64,000 nt of DNA from Octopus sinensis (lineage: Eukaryota), in contig NC_043001.1 of the NCBI RefSeq assembly GCF_006345805.1, forward strand, positions 65,968,001 to 66,032,000, given 5' to 3'. The stretch's first letter is position 1, and each line of letters starts with the position of its first letter. The position numbers and the translations under genes are program-made. Below the pieces are notes generated by a model. It was not told where the DNA came from. It worked only from the letters and a program-made list of their open reading frames with translations, and did no database searches. Shown here in pieces: positions 37,886-50,977 of the stretch.

Positions 37886-38634
37886 AAAAAAGATTGTTGC
37901 TCAGCAGCTGCCCTTTCGACAACATCATGTTGGTGGTTTGTGGCACGCACAACATCTGCGTACCTCCGCTTTGGGGCAAGTGGTGCGTGGTCCATCCCTT
38001 TTCCTTGTGTTGATGGTTTGTCCATCTGCCTCGTGTCTCTGTGGCAGGGTCCCCGATGTGCAAAGCGGCAGCCTGCACCTTCCTTTCCATGCCAGCAGGA
38101 ACCTCTCAGGTAGAACCTACACACCCGTGTGCGCTGTCCGTTTCCATCTTTTGCGGTTCCACTTCTATTCCTGTTTTTTTCACCCTTTGGTCCTGCTTGA
38201 GCTTTTCCTTTAGCTCTACCAGCGCTTCTTTTAGTTCTTCCTCCTCCCTCTACCTCTTCACCGGGTTCTCCGTCTCCATGGCCTTTGCTGCCGGTTGGAG
38301 AACTTGCACCTGGGTTCACTTCCCGGGCAGGTTTCTCATTCAAAACCTCCTCCCGGGCATCCACCAGGTGGGGGTGACTTCTTTCATCGTCTCCATTCTT
38401 GTCATCTTTGCCTCGCTCGTTCTCAAAGATGGCATCAAGTGCGCCAATGTGCGACCGTACAAGCGCATATGAGCGCACGAATTCCCGTCTCTTTCGCTCC
38501 ATCTGAGCCGCTGTCCTCTTGTAGCCTCTGCTCTTCAGCGCAGCCGCAATCACCTCGCTAGGGCTATCTCCGCCGGCGCACTCCCATGCTTGTACGAATA
38601 AATCCAGCTCGTCAGGTCTCCATGCTCTGGACAT
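37726..38634 (-). CDS. LINE ORF1 (302 aa) with N-terminal Myb/SANT-like motif and CCCH zinc finger
   Basis: WRPDELDLFVQAW...IAAALKSRGYKRTAAQMERKRREFVRSY and CRFYLRGSCWHGKEGAGCRFAH. Overlaps the start of the ORF2 frame. Confidence 0.8.
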   Translation of the reverse strand: MSRAWRPDELDLFVQAWECAGGDSPSEVIAAALKSRGYKRTAAQMERKRREFVRSYALVRSHIGALDAIFENERGKDDKNGDDERSHPHLVDAREEVLNEKPAREVNPGASSPTGSKGHGDGEPGEEVEGGGRTKRSAGRAKGKAQAGPKGEKNRNRSGTAKDGNGQRTRVCRFYLRGSCWHGKEGAGCRFAHRGPCHRDTRQMDKPSTQGKGMDHAPLAPKRRYADVVRATNHQHDVVERAAAEQQSFLCMAQKIVQQLTWLHQTQARRWDYPLYTRPPPQQTDPGWTPPATTYTSPRCSY

Positions 38635-38689
38635 GCTGGATGATCTGTCTATTTGTTTATCTATTTAACTATGTTCGAGAGAAGACAAG

Positions 38690-39512
38690 AAGATATTTAA
38701 TCTTAAGGCTAATTATGGGATAGAGTATTATTAATATTAACAATATTAAAGTTTGTGGGTAAAAACGTTATTTAATCTTAGGCTAATTAGGAGATAGAGT
38801 ATCTGAAAATATGTTAACAATATTACAATTATATTAAAGTGTGGGTAATAATCGTTATTTAATCTTGGGCTAATTAGAAGGTAGAGTATTCAAAAATAAA
38901 TTAAAGTGTGGGTGAAAAAGTTAAAGTGTGGGTAAAAACGTTATTTAATCTTAAGGCTAATTAGAGGATAGAGTATCTGAAAATATGTTAACAATATTAC
39001 AATTATATTAAAGTGTGGGTAATAATCGTTATTTAATCTTGAGGCTAATTAGAAGGTAGAGTATTCAAAAATATATTAAAGTGTGGGTGAAAAAGTTAAA
39101 GTGTGGGTAAAAACGTTATTTAATCTTAAGGCTAATTAGAGGATAGAGTATCTGAAAATATATTAACAAATATTTAAAATGTGGGTAAAAAGGCTAATTA
39201 GAAAGATATTAGAGTGTGGGTAAAAAATTAGATGTTAAAGTGTGGGTAATAAACGTTGTTTATTCTTAAGGCTAATTAGAAGATAGAGTATCTGAAAAAT
39301 TATTAACAATGTTAAACAATATTTAATCTTAAGGCTAATTAGAGGATAGAGTATCTGAAAATATATTAACAAATATTTAAAATGTGGGTAAAAAGGCTAA
39401 TTAGAAAGATATTAGAGTGTGGGTAAAAAATTAGATGTTAAAGTGTGGGTAATAAACGTTGTTTATTCTTAAGGCTAATTAGAAGATAGAGTATCTGAAA
39501 AATTATTAACAA
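38690..39512. repeat. Higher-order tandem array directly upstream of ORF1
   Basis: Two ~174-bp units (from 38768 and 38941), then two ~203-bp units (from 39118 and 39321). Built from AGGCTAATTAG, GATAGAGTATCTGAAAA and AAAGTGTGGGTAA sub-blocks. Confidence 0.85.
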
Positions 39513-39583
39513 TAAACAGTATTAATGATGATGATATATGATGATGGTGATGATGATGATGATTATTATCATTATTATTATTA

Positions 39584-39634
<51 letters not shown>

Positions 39635-39637
<3 letters not shown>

Positions 39638-39900
39638 TGCAGTCCCTTCTGACCAAAATATTGTCCAAAAAGAAGTGGAAAATTTTTCAAAGCGCAAAGA
39701 CATTGAAATTGAAGCATTCAAGGTGTGGATCCTGAAGGTGAAAACAATAATAGCAATAATTGAAGCATTGGGCATGATAAAAAAAATATATGAACAAAAA
39801 CTTAGAAGCTATACATCAACACTGCACACACAAAAAAAATAGCCTTTCTAGGAACAGCCCACATCCTACGCAAGACACTATCGATTCAATAATACAACCT
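39635..39900 (+). mobile_element. Decayed RLE-LINE C-terminal fragment
   Basis: IAVPSDQNIVQKEVENFSKRKDIEIE...EALGMIKK, followed by LGTAHILRKTLS. Confidence 0.7.
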
Positions 39901-39989
39901 AAACAAAACAACCCACAAACACAAGCTGTACTCTATACAGCAAATATCCACTGAAATATATTACACACAATGCATACACTAATACAACA

Positions 39990-40639
39990 AAAAACTGTTT
40001 CACACTCCATAAGAAAATCAGTAGAAGACTGCGTGGAGTTAGTAAGACATAGGGAAACCAAAAACTCAAAGTTAAAAGCCAGAAAAAAGAACAGAAATTG
40101 TCTGACTGATAGGAGAAGACGTTGCATGGTAAACCCCCAAAGATAGTTGCAGCAAATGGTAGTAGTGAGACATGGCTATGGTTGCAGAAAGGAAAGCTGA
40201 AAAGGAAGGCAGAAAGTTTGCTAGGACTAATTGGATAAAAGCCAGGATAGAGAAAAAACAAGTAGATTCCTAATGCAGGTTATGCAAATCAAAAGAGGAA
40301 AGTGTTACTCATATAGAAAGTGAATGCAGCATACTGGCATGGAAAGAACACAAGAAAAGACATGACAACGTAGGGAGAGTAATCCACTGGTAACTATATA
40401 GAAAGCTAGGATTTGAACATACTGATAAATGGTATGAACATGAACCTAGTAAAGTACTAGAAAGTAAGAAATACAAGATGTTGTGGGACTTTAACATTCA
40501 GACTGACAGAGTAATAGAACCTAGAAGGCCTGATTTAGTAACAGTAGATAAAGAGAAAAGAGAGTACCAGATAATTGACTTTACAGTACCAAATGAAGAA
40601 AAAATCAATATGAGAGGTACAGAAAAAATAGCAAAGTAG

Positions 40640-40640
<1 letters not shown>
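39990..40640 (+). mobile_element. RLE-LINE fragment (third family), broken by (GATA)n
   Basis: LHGK, TWLWLQKG, CRLCKSKEESVTHIESEC, KRHDNVG, WYEHEP, LWDFNIQTDRVIEPRRPDLV, IIDFTVP. Confidence 0.8.
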
Positions 40641-40848
<208 letters not shown>

Positions 40849-40849
40849 T

Positions 40850-41318
40850 TTAACACCCGGTCACCAAAACGAAAAAAAACAGTCTAATAGCTGTCAAAAA
40901 AATATGTAGAAAATGAATATGAAACAAAATTTTTGCAAACGAATAGGTGGGTGGGGAGAGAACTTTTGGAAAATTCCGACGATCCGATTTTTCCCTCTTA
41001 ACTTTCAAGGTAATGGATATATATTGACGAAATTTTATAGAAATACCTTTCAAATGGCAAAAATTACGATCATAAAGAAATTTGTGGGGAGAGAACTTTC
41101 GGAAAATTCACACAATCGGACTTTTCCCTCGCAACCTTCAGGAAAATGGGCATCTTTTTAATGAAAGTTTATACAAATACCTGTCAAACGACTTAGATTA
41201 GGATTATAAAAAAAATGTGAGGAAAATTTTTTTCCGAGGGTAAGGAGAGGAGTTTCGATAAAACGGAGTTTCAGATCAGAAAAACCACATAAGTTAATTT
41301 TTTTTTACCGTGTGTTAA
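40850..41318. mobile_element. Candidate TTAA-flanked non-autonomous DNA element with internal ~130-bp repeats
   Basis: TTAA|CACCCGGT ... ACCGTGTG|TTAA (8-bp TIR, one mismatch). The GGGGAGAGAACTTT(T/C)GGAAAATTC block is repeated, and related sequence occurs at about 52610-52800. Confidence 0.4.
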
Positions 41319-41413
41319 ACTATTGGTTAACCCGTGTTACAACCATTTAAAATTCACGGAGCGACGTCAAGCGTGGCTTGCCAGGCTGAAGGCCATAATA
41401 ATACTAATAACGA

Positions 41414-43445
41414 TTTCTTTATTAACCACATTATGGACAGCACAGGACAAAACAAAGAATGTGTCTATGTATGTGTGTGAGTGTGTGTTGTGAGGATTTT
41501 GCGAGTAAACAAGACTAACAAAATTATAAACAAAAAATAAACCAACAATGTGTAATCTTCAATATGGAGGAGACGTCCAAGGACTGTTAAGGGAAAAACA
41601 AAATAAAAACTATGGTACGGTTTTGGGGCTGGTGCCTTTTTTCCTACAGGGCAGATCCGTTCACTCGAACCATTCTCACCACTTATATCCACCTTTCAGC
41701 AAACTGGCTAGAAGACAACACTTCCCTCTCTACCCTCATTTTCCTTTTCAAGTGAAACTTGAAGAAGTTCATTAAGGATTGACCAAAGAGAAAAGTGTTT
41801 GTCTTCAGCCCCTTCGACTTCGTCCACCATACAACCTCTTTCGTCATGGCCACCAGGCATATAAAAACAGCCTTTCCTTCTCGGCTACAGGAAGGCGGCA
41901 GGGCGATCTCGGTGGATTCAGTTGGCAGATGGGTCCGTTCCACACGCGACAGCAAGTGTCCGACATAAATCCACAGGTCAGCAATGCTCGGGCACTGGAC
42001 GAGTGCATGCAAGACCATCTAGTCGTCCTGCCTGCATATCGGACATGCTCGGCTGATGGCACTTCCATTCCTGTAAAGTTTATCTCGAACAGGCAAAGCT
42101 CCCCGGTAGCGTTGCCAGGCCAGAGATTTTGGGAAATTATCCATCGGTCCCGGCCCAAAAGTTCTCCGGAAAAAAGTGACTAGCTGATCTTCTTCGACGC
42201 CCAGGGTCTCCCCAGAAACGTCGTCGCACTTCTCCTCCACTAATCACCTATAAAAAAGCTAAAGTGAACGTTTCACCTATCGCACTGTCCGATTGGCTGA
42301 GGGCTGTGAGCGCTTGGGGACAGTCCACTTTCCAAAAGCTGCCCCGTCAGTCTCTGTTTTACCAAGGACTTCAGCTCCTTTAACGAAACTAGCAGCAGAA
42401 ATATGTGTCTGGCGAACGGTGATCACACCTGTTCACCCTTAAGGAAGCACTGGTAATGTAGTAGCCTCAATACATGTCTGTGCATCATCAACTACGGCAT
42501 GCTCAGGCCACCACGCAGCAGGTGCTGACAGCAGATAGATCACCTAACCATCGGGAGGCTTCCGTTCAACAAGAAGTGGAAGAGTATACGCCCGGACAAG
42601 GCAAAACGATCAAGTAGACGCGATATACGCGTTAGCCACCTCTGCCCGACCTTGCAGGGATAGCTTTCTCTCAGCTCATTTCTGCGTGCAGGTATTCACC
42701 CTGCTCGTTAGCTCGTCCCAGTTTTTGTCCATCTGGAGGTCCGGACCAAACCAGACTCCAAGCAATTTAACCCGTCCGTCCAGCACCCAACGGCGCAGTT
42801 GGACGGCACGGACTTGCTTCTACAGGTGCCGACCCGCAAGCCCACTGACTTTTCCTGGTTAACTGCCGCTCCTGAAACCGCCTCGTAGTCTCTGAGGGCG
42901 GTGCCGATCATTTCTATGTGTTTATGATCCGACACCACTACGGTGACGTAGTCGGCATATGCCGACACACATCTCCTACATCCTAGGTCACGCGGGATGC
43001 CTCTCAACGCCTCCAGTTTGTGCAGCAGTGGCTCGAGAGTCAGTAGGTACAAGAGAGATGAGAGAGGACAACCTTGCCGGGCCGAGCGCATGATGTTAAA
43101 CGGCTCTGAGAGGTGACCGTTCAATCTGAGCACTGAACAGATGTCACTGTGCTTTGCTGCGATCCAACCCCTGAATACAAGCCTGAAACAAGCTGTCTTG
43201 AGGACCACCACCTGATATAGCACATCCTATGGAAAACTTTAGGGATCTTAACTGAACAGGATGTAACCCGTGCCAGGTTTTTTAGTCACTTTCTCACTAC
43301 CTCGCATGAGGTAGGGGTTGTTGTGAACGAATCTTTTCGGGATGGCACATGTCTCTGCCTTCCCTACCAGATCCCCGACGACAACCGCCAACCTCGTAGC
43401 TAACACATTGGCCAAAATTTTGAACTCTGCATTCAGCAGAGTTAT
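41414..43445 (-). mobile_element. Tx1/L1-clade LINE, decayed and 5'-truncated (copy 3)
   Basis: ITLLNAEFKILANVL, ARQGCPLS, SAYADYVTV, CPICRQDD..VLHALVQC, and the conserved 3' motif. Confidence 0.88.
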
Positions 43446-43467
43446 TAACCATAAGGGTTTACATTAA

Positions 43468-43468
43468 G

Positions 43469-43523
<55 letters not shown>

Positions 43524-43561
43524 CAACACAACAACAACAACAACACAACAACAACAATAAC

Positions 43562-43644
<83 letters not shown>

Positions 43645-43660
43645 CAACAACAACAATAAC

Positions 43661-43730
<70 letters not shown>

Positions 43731-43736
43731 TAATTA
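43468..43736. repeat. (TAA)n/(CAA)n compound microsatellite
   Basis: Directly visible. Confidence 0.95.
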
Positions 43737-44026
43737 TTCAATATATTTACATAAATATCGAATAAAGACAGCCTTGATAATAATACAAATATTTGTTGAA
43801 CACTCTGGTGTTTATTTGCCAGCGAACTGTTTCTGCACAAGCAGGTCAGTTTCTGCTTTTTATCGTGTGAATGCCCATAACATCCAATAACAGAATTCCT
43901 TAATGACTTAATTTTTTTTTTTTAAGTGAGTTCTTTACTAAAACGATAATCGTTGCTGACACCAGATCGTTAAGAGAAACCCAGCTCTAGCCCACATAGA
44001 TACACGCATAAAACTGTTTAAAGTAT

Positions 44027-44085
<59 letters not shown>

Positions 44086-44121
44086 ATCAAAATAAAATAA
44101 AAACATGATGCGAAGGACTCA

Positions 44122-44199
44122 GCGGTACATATGTTTCGGGCCTTTATTAGACAGATTTATAACAATGCATAATGTATGTCTGTGGCCTTCTTCAGCCGC
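44122..44199 (-). ncRNA. Type-I hammerhead-like motif with canonical CUGAAGA core and extended stem II
   Basis: GCGG-CUGAAGA-A-GGCC-ACAGA...UCUGU-CUAAUAAA-GGCC-C-GAAAC-AUAU-GUA-CCGC. Confidence 0.55.
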
Positions 44200-46324
44200 G
44201 CACAACAGCTTCCACAAGGACATGTGTTACATCAAAAATTCTTGGTTGGGGATGCAAATCCTCTCATTCGCGTACGACATAATGCGGCAGCAGCATAGAA
44301 TTGAAGCGTCCATCTCTTTCTTCTCTCAATGTAGAATGAGGAAAACTGGATGTTGAGGTAATGTAAATAAATAAATACATATATAGACGTGAAGATGGAG
44401 GGGCGAGAATTCGGGACCAGGGATAAAAAATGTATAAAAGGTGTAAGTATAGAAAAATATAAAAATGTAGAGCATAAAGATATAAAGAGATGTAAAGGGG
44501 GTATAAAGAATATAAAGAAATATAAAGAAATATAAATAAATGTAAAGGCATAAGGTTATAAAGTAAAAATAGAAATAGAAATAAAAGTAAAAAAAACATG
44601 ATAAAAACATGATAAAAATGTAAAAGAATGTAAAGATAAGGGATGTATAGAGGTTACGGACCAAGCATGGTGGTCAGGAGATTGATAAAATTTAGTTGTA
44701 GAATTGTCAGTAAATCAACAGTTTCGTCTGGGGACCTAATGTGTTGTAAATCAGAGCTGATGAGCATTTAATCTGGTTTCTTGAATTAAATGGACTTCTA
44801 GTACATACATATCATCATGGATACATACACCCACATACACGCGTACATATACGCCTCCAAGCCTATAAGCATACACACGCACTCGCGTGTAAACATGTAC
44901 ATAAACACACACGCACCCACACGCACGCGCGTACACATACATACATACAACAGAATATCCGCATGTATACACGGACACTATACGCGTACACACTCACGTG
45001 TACATACGCGCGCCCATCCCTACATACACACACGTATATGCCCACGCCTCTAGGTCTAGATATAAGATATTAAAGGATGTATATAAGAACGTATGTAAAA
45101 AGTCGCGTACTCATGTCTATACGTGCACGCACACACGGCTGTGTGTCCGTATGCGCGTGCACATATACACTCACACACACACACAGAGACACACGCGCAC
45201 ATGGGTATAGCTATAAGATATCGAAATATGTATGTACATATACGCGCGTGCATATGTATGTATGCGTATACACACGTACGCGGACGCTCGCATAGTCAAA
45301 AAGTGGATCCATAGGTAAGTAAGTAAACATATATAGAGTTGTAAAGCGATAAGTTAGGGGTAAGAATGAGGGTAAGGGTAAAAATTAGAAATAAAAAATA
45401 CAGTATAAAATAAGAAATACAGTGTAATAGTTAGAAATGAAATATAAGAATTATAAAAATTATAAGAGTTAAGGTAAGGGATGAAAATAAAAATGAGAAT
45501 AAATGGAAGTAGAATAAAAGTAAAAATAAAAATAAATGGAAGTAGGATAAAAGTAAAAATAAAAGTAAAAATAAAATAAAATAAAATAAGATAAAAATAT
45601 AATTTGGTAAAGTTTAACATGAGATGAAGGTGGTTGAAAGTTAGAGGTGTGTGTTAAACGTAGGGGCGGGCGGGGGGAACTGAAAATTGGAAGGGTGGGA
45701 AGTGGAGTTTGGCGGTGTGCGTTCAACATCCGAGTTAGAAATGTGAAAGGGTATAGATATAGGGAATTAAAGAGACTATATAGGGAGGATATGGGTGTAG
45801 GAGAAGAAATATTTAGGGAAAAGAAGTCATATATGGGAGACAAAATTTGTATATATAGGAGACAAAATTTGTATATATATAAAACAGTTTTATGCGTGTA
45901 TCTATGTGGGCTAGAGCTGGGTTTCTTTTATTTGAAGAAGTAATTTTATTGACAAAGCTATAAAATATAAAATATATCAAAATAAGCTACAGAAACATGG
46001 GGAAATAAGCAAATACACTGTAGATATAAATCTGAGAGTAACACAGGTCGTAAATATAATGTTTGCTCGTTAGAAAAGTGCAAACTGTAACATGGAAACA
46101 TGGCTCATATATTCAATATTGGAATGATTGTGCTTTATAGAATAAACAATATTAAGACACTAAGAAAATAAATCACATCCATTTATTAGAAATATATATT
46201 ATATACTTAGTTAATATAAAAGATATAATACCTTCGCAGACGTTAGTTTATGGAGCCTATTCATGTGTCTATGACTGGTGTAACCAAACGTTTACATGAG
46301 CATAGACATATTTATGTGTGTGTG

Positions 46325-46355
<31 letters not shown>

Positions 46356-46479
46356 TTGTGTATGTGTGTGTATGTGCGTATGTGTGTGCGTTTGTGTGTG
46401 TGTGTGTGTAATTATGCATGCGTGCTTGCACAACTTACATTTAGACACGATTTAGGCCAGGTCATGTTTGAAGCCTTTT

Positions 46480-47250
46480 AAATCATATTTTGGGACACCA
46501 TACCCTTTTGAATTAGGGAGTTGTTGGTAGAAATATATATGGGTGTTGGCGGTTTGTCTGGTATCTTTTTGAGGAACATTTCTTTCAGCTGGACGTTTAA
46601 TAAAGCAACGATATCTTTTATTGCTTATTGCGAAGGAATTAGACCACGAACAATATAGAGAACTCGACATAATTCAACAATGTAATTCATATATTTTAGT
46701 AAAAACTGACTGAAATAGAGATTTTTCACGCAACAAACTAAAAGTGACTCAAATATCTAATATATACCTGGGTTTTTTTTTATGTCAGACTCTCATAAAT
46801 ATTATCAAAGTAGAGGTGATTGCTCAAGTAAAGTTATGAACTATTGCTTCTAAAGCAGTTTTCTATTTGGCTTAGTGGTTACAAAATATTTGTTCCATAG
46901 TGATTGAATGAAGCTTTTAATACAATGCAATGTGAGTTAACTTTCTTACAATGTAATATAATTCCAATAATGTTTTCACTGAAACGAATTCCTCTCTGTA
47001 GCAAGTATATGTTTTTTAAATCTATCTAAAATGTAGATTCCAGCGAAATGTATTAATTAGGGATCCTTTACAACTCTAGATATGAAGTTCAATGTGTGTT
47101 TTTTTCTTTAAACGACCGGAACTGAGATGCATTTTACTGCGCCACACCAGAAATCTTTGTTCCCTCATTAACTTTGGCATGTTCTAAATTCCATGTTGTG
47201 TTTCTTTGTCAATAAGAACAACGTTGTTACGTAGTCTTCGTATCGTAGTA
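46480..47250 (-). mobile_element. Very decayed CR1-group LINE 3' fragment
   Basis: LKEMFLKKIPDKPPTPIYISTNNSLI parallels LDLFLSSVPDEPT..AASNSL; LEAIVHNFT lies upstream. Confidence 0.45.
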
Positions 47251-47715
47251 GACTCAAGGAATTTCTAGAATAAAACGTCCAATATGGCCTGGTGTTCGGT
47301 ACAATAACTAGTGGCCAACAAAACTTATCATAAGCAGAGCAGCAGCAAATTTGAGTGATATGTGTCCATAAAGTTTATCTTTAGTCTTAAGCATAATACA
47401 TACATACAGATGCACACGCATACATATATACATATGCATACACATACATATATACATACACACAGATGTATGCGTACATACATATATATATATATATGCA
47501 TGCATAGGCACACACACACCACACACACACACACTGACACACACATGCGCACAAACAAGGAAAAAGGAACGCAGTGTTAATAACGGACAGAGTCAAGATT
47601 ATTGAAAAGGTTGGAAGATGCAACGAAAATTTTAGGAAAATAAAAATAAAAAATAAGTGTTAATTTTACTGGTAAGTGTGTTAAATACTAAGGCACAAAA
47701 GGAACAGACACAACA

Positions 47716-47799
<84 letters not shown>

Positions 47800-47907
47800 A
47801 ATTTAAAATAATAAGGGTGAAAATTGAATATTAATTTGATTAATATCAATTTAAAACCAGTGGTCTAGCATATAGAAAAATCTGAAGATTCAGAAAAAAT
47901 ATATTAT

Positions 47908-47976
<69 letters not shown>

Positions 47977-49158
47977 ATGTCTTTAACAAGGATGTAAATC
48001 AATGGATTGATGGATCGAATTAAAACGTTCTAGATGTCGAGCCTGAGAACTACTTTTATATTCTTGGTATTCACAGTTCATGTTATCAGAGACATTTTGC
48101 ACAGCTATCTTTATAGCCAAGAGGTGTACCGACGCACACCTGAAAACGCTGCAATTAATCAGAAAGATTACTCGCACGTGGTTTAAAAACAACCGTAGCT
48201 GAGAGGCGATTATAAGAAACGCCGAACAAAGCAGGTTACAAATCAATGATTTGGTTGACAAGAACAATCAAATTAGTTCCGATGAAAATGTGTCTGAGAA
48301 TTGGAGAAACGCCTTGAGAAATAATTACATTGACAAATTATGTGAGGGCCAGAAAATTATTCCTGCTTCCTATGCCAAAGGTGGTGGTGGCGGTTATGGA
48401 GGTGGCAGTGGTTTTTGGATAGTGAAAAGTGTATTCTTTAAAAATTGAACTAATTTTTTAATATCGCCTATAACTTAACGGATGCACGTAAGTGCAATTC
48501 CATGAAATATTCACACTTATTTACATGGCAGATATATGCAATTTAACTAAAGTTTCTATCACATGTAGGAGATTTTGTTTTTTTTTTGCTTATAGGGAAA
48601 TATTGAAAAATAAGAGTGAATATTTATTTTATGATCGCTGTGTATTAAGTCTATAAAAGTGTGCATAAAGTATTTAAAGTGTATATATAAGGTGCTTTAA
48701 ATAATCATCGTATTCCAGTTTCTTTCACTTTTCATTGAGTAGCAGATGAGCGAATATCTTTCCATACAGACACAACACAGGCTACGCTTTCAGGTTTTTA
48801 GATAAATATTTCAGAAATGACCCAATAGGTTTGCCATTAATCCCTCTAGTAAAAACTATTTTGTTTGCCTTTGTAGTGCGTAAATATATTCCATTATCCT
48901 TTGGAGTGCGTAAATATCTTTTGTGTAACAAATATGTGAAGAAATAAAGCAATTAAAATGTAGAGGTAACATAAGACAACAACAGCTGTTATAGTGTGTG
49001 GTATCTAATTTTAAAGGCGAAAATAATTAATATGTTGTTAAGTTGGGGGATAAACATCACTTGAAATATGTTGAACCAATATAAATCAATAAAATTTATG
49101 TATATATAACGAATAACAATATTGACATTTTATACATGTATGTGCGTATGTATCTATG

Positions 49159-49239
<81 letters not shown>

Positions 49240-50055
49240 TGTGTGTCTGTGTGTCTGTGTGTGTGTCTGTGTGTGTGTGTGTGCATACATAAATATACAT
49301 GCATATATACAATGAAAAGAAGAATGGAATTTTATTACATAATTCTACAACTGTTTCATCGATATTTTAGCAGAAAGGTATTGCAATAATACTATTATTA
49401 TATATGTGTAACAACATACTGCGTCGCTTTCATTGTACTGATGCCGCAAAATATCAACTCATCAGGTTAAAGTATAAAATCCATTTCCAAGATAAACTTG
49501 TACTTTCAAGATTATATACCCTTCGTCCAGGATATTCTATCACTTCATTTGTATATCATAGGTAAAGCAAAAGACAAATGCATAATTGATCACAGATTCG
49601 AATTAACCGGTCAAGAAAAAGCATAAATCGAGAGAACAAAAGAATAAATAAAAGGATTAATACATATGTAAATAAATGAACAGATAAATGACAGAAAGTA
49701 AACGATAATTTTCCTTTATTTCCAAAACCATGCATCCCTTCACACCGAGTGCCTGTTCTAATGTTAACAAAATGGTGTTGACTCACAATTTTGTATTTAC
49801 AATGTAATATGGCATTGCACTGTTTTTTCCATTCTTCAGTTCATAGTAAACTGCTAGTAGAACCATTTATCATACTCTCCCATGCTGTCAAACACACAAA
49901 CACAGACAACTTTTCAAGGTAAATGAAACTGAATTGTTTCTTCGTTAAATTGTGCTTCGTCCTTAGTAATAAATAAATAAATGAATAAATAAATAAATAA
50001 ATCAGAAGATTAATTAAAAATATTTTCAGAGAATGAAAGAAAAGTTTACTGTCAT

Positions 50056-50977
50056 TACGAGGGGCGTTCAATAAGTAATGCCCCTGATCCACTTCCCATA
50101 CCAGTAGAGCAACGAAACTTGGCACATTTATTAGTATTTTTCTACATAGGAACCGCCCAGAGTTACGCATTTCTCCCATCGTTTGATGCAGCTCTAAAGA
50201 CCGTTTTTGTAGAAGACCCCAGCTTGGTCCTCCAACCACGACGTGACTTCAGAAATCAAGTCTGCATCATCTGGGAAACACTTTCCTTTCAAAAACAACT
50301 TCATGGCTGGGAAGAGGTGAAAATCAGAGGGTGCAGGTCAGGAGAGTAGGGAGTATGTGGGATGAATTTTGACTCATCTTCTTGGCACATCTTCAAATTC
50401 ATCCTCGCGCAATCGACGCGTTCTTGCTTCTGGAAAGGTGTGAGCAGCCTGGGAATCCATCTGGCAGACACCTTTTGCATATGCAAATGGTCATGAATGA
50501 TAGTTTCCACAGACCCGGTACTAATCTTGACCTCATGGGCTATTTGGCGAATAGTTATGCGTCGATCTTCCAAAATGGCAGCCTCAACTTGACGGACAGA
50601 TGCCTCATCAATGGCAGAAGGGGGCGACCAGATCTGGGAGCTGTTTCCACAAAGTTCCGACCATGTTTGAATTCACGATACCAGCGTTTTACAAGGTCAT
50701 ATGATGGGGCATCATCACCATAAGTTACTTTTATTTCATCAAAAATCTCCCGTGGTGTGCGTCCTTTCAAATACAAAAACCGCATCACTGCTCGACACTC
50801 AACAGGCTCCATTTCACACTTGACTCAGTTCAAACACCTGTAAATCAGAAACCACAATTAGTTCAGAGCTGTAATTTGCCACTTAATCTATAGAGATATA
50901 AATAATTGCACATGCAAAATTTCAGATCAAACAACTGCAAGTGGGTCAAAGGCATTGCTTATTGAACGCCCCTCGTA
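50056..50977 (-). mobile_element. Mariner element with both TIRs and TA duplication, internally deleted (918 bp)
   Basis: 25-bp TIRs CGAGGGGCGTTCAATAAG(T/C)AATGCC flanked by TA. Transposase has HTH, WIPRLL and YSPDL, with ESKF joined directly to IPHTPYSPDL. Confidence 0.93.

Larger units (their letters stand above)
34704..38690 (-). mobile_element. Nearly full-length CR1-group LINE (ORF1 plus APE-RT ORF2, (AATC)n tail)
   Basis: Intact ORF1, ORF2 with one frameshift, 3' terminus shared with 26170-26215 and 5864-5920. Confidence 0.93.

Noticed and set aside
38690-39512. Repeat-and-variable pattern superficially like a CRISPR array
   Set aside because: Eukaryotic context, no unique spacers, units are duplicated wholesale, and no cas genes.
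44755-44810. CTGATGAG followed by an 8-bp hairpin on the plus strand
   Set aside because: No GAAA after the stem.
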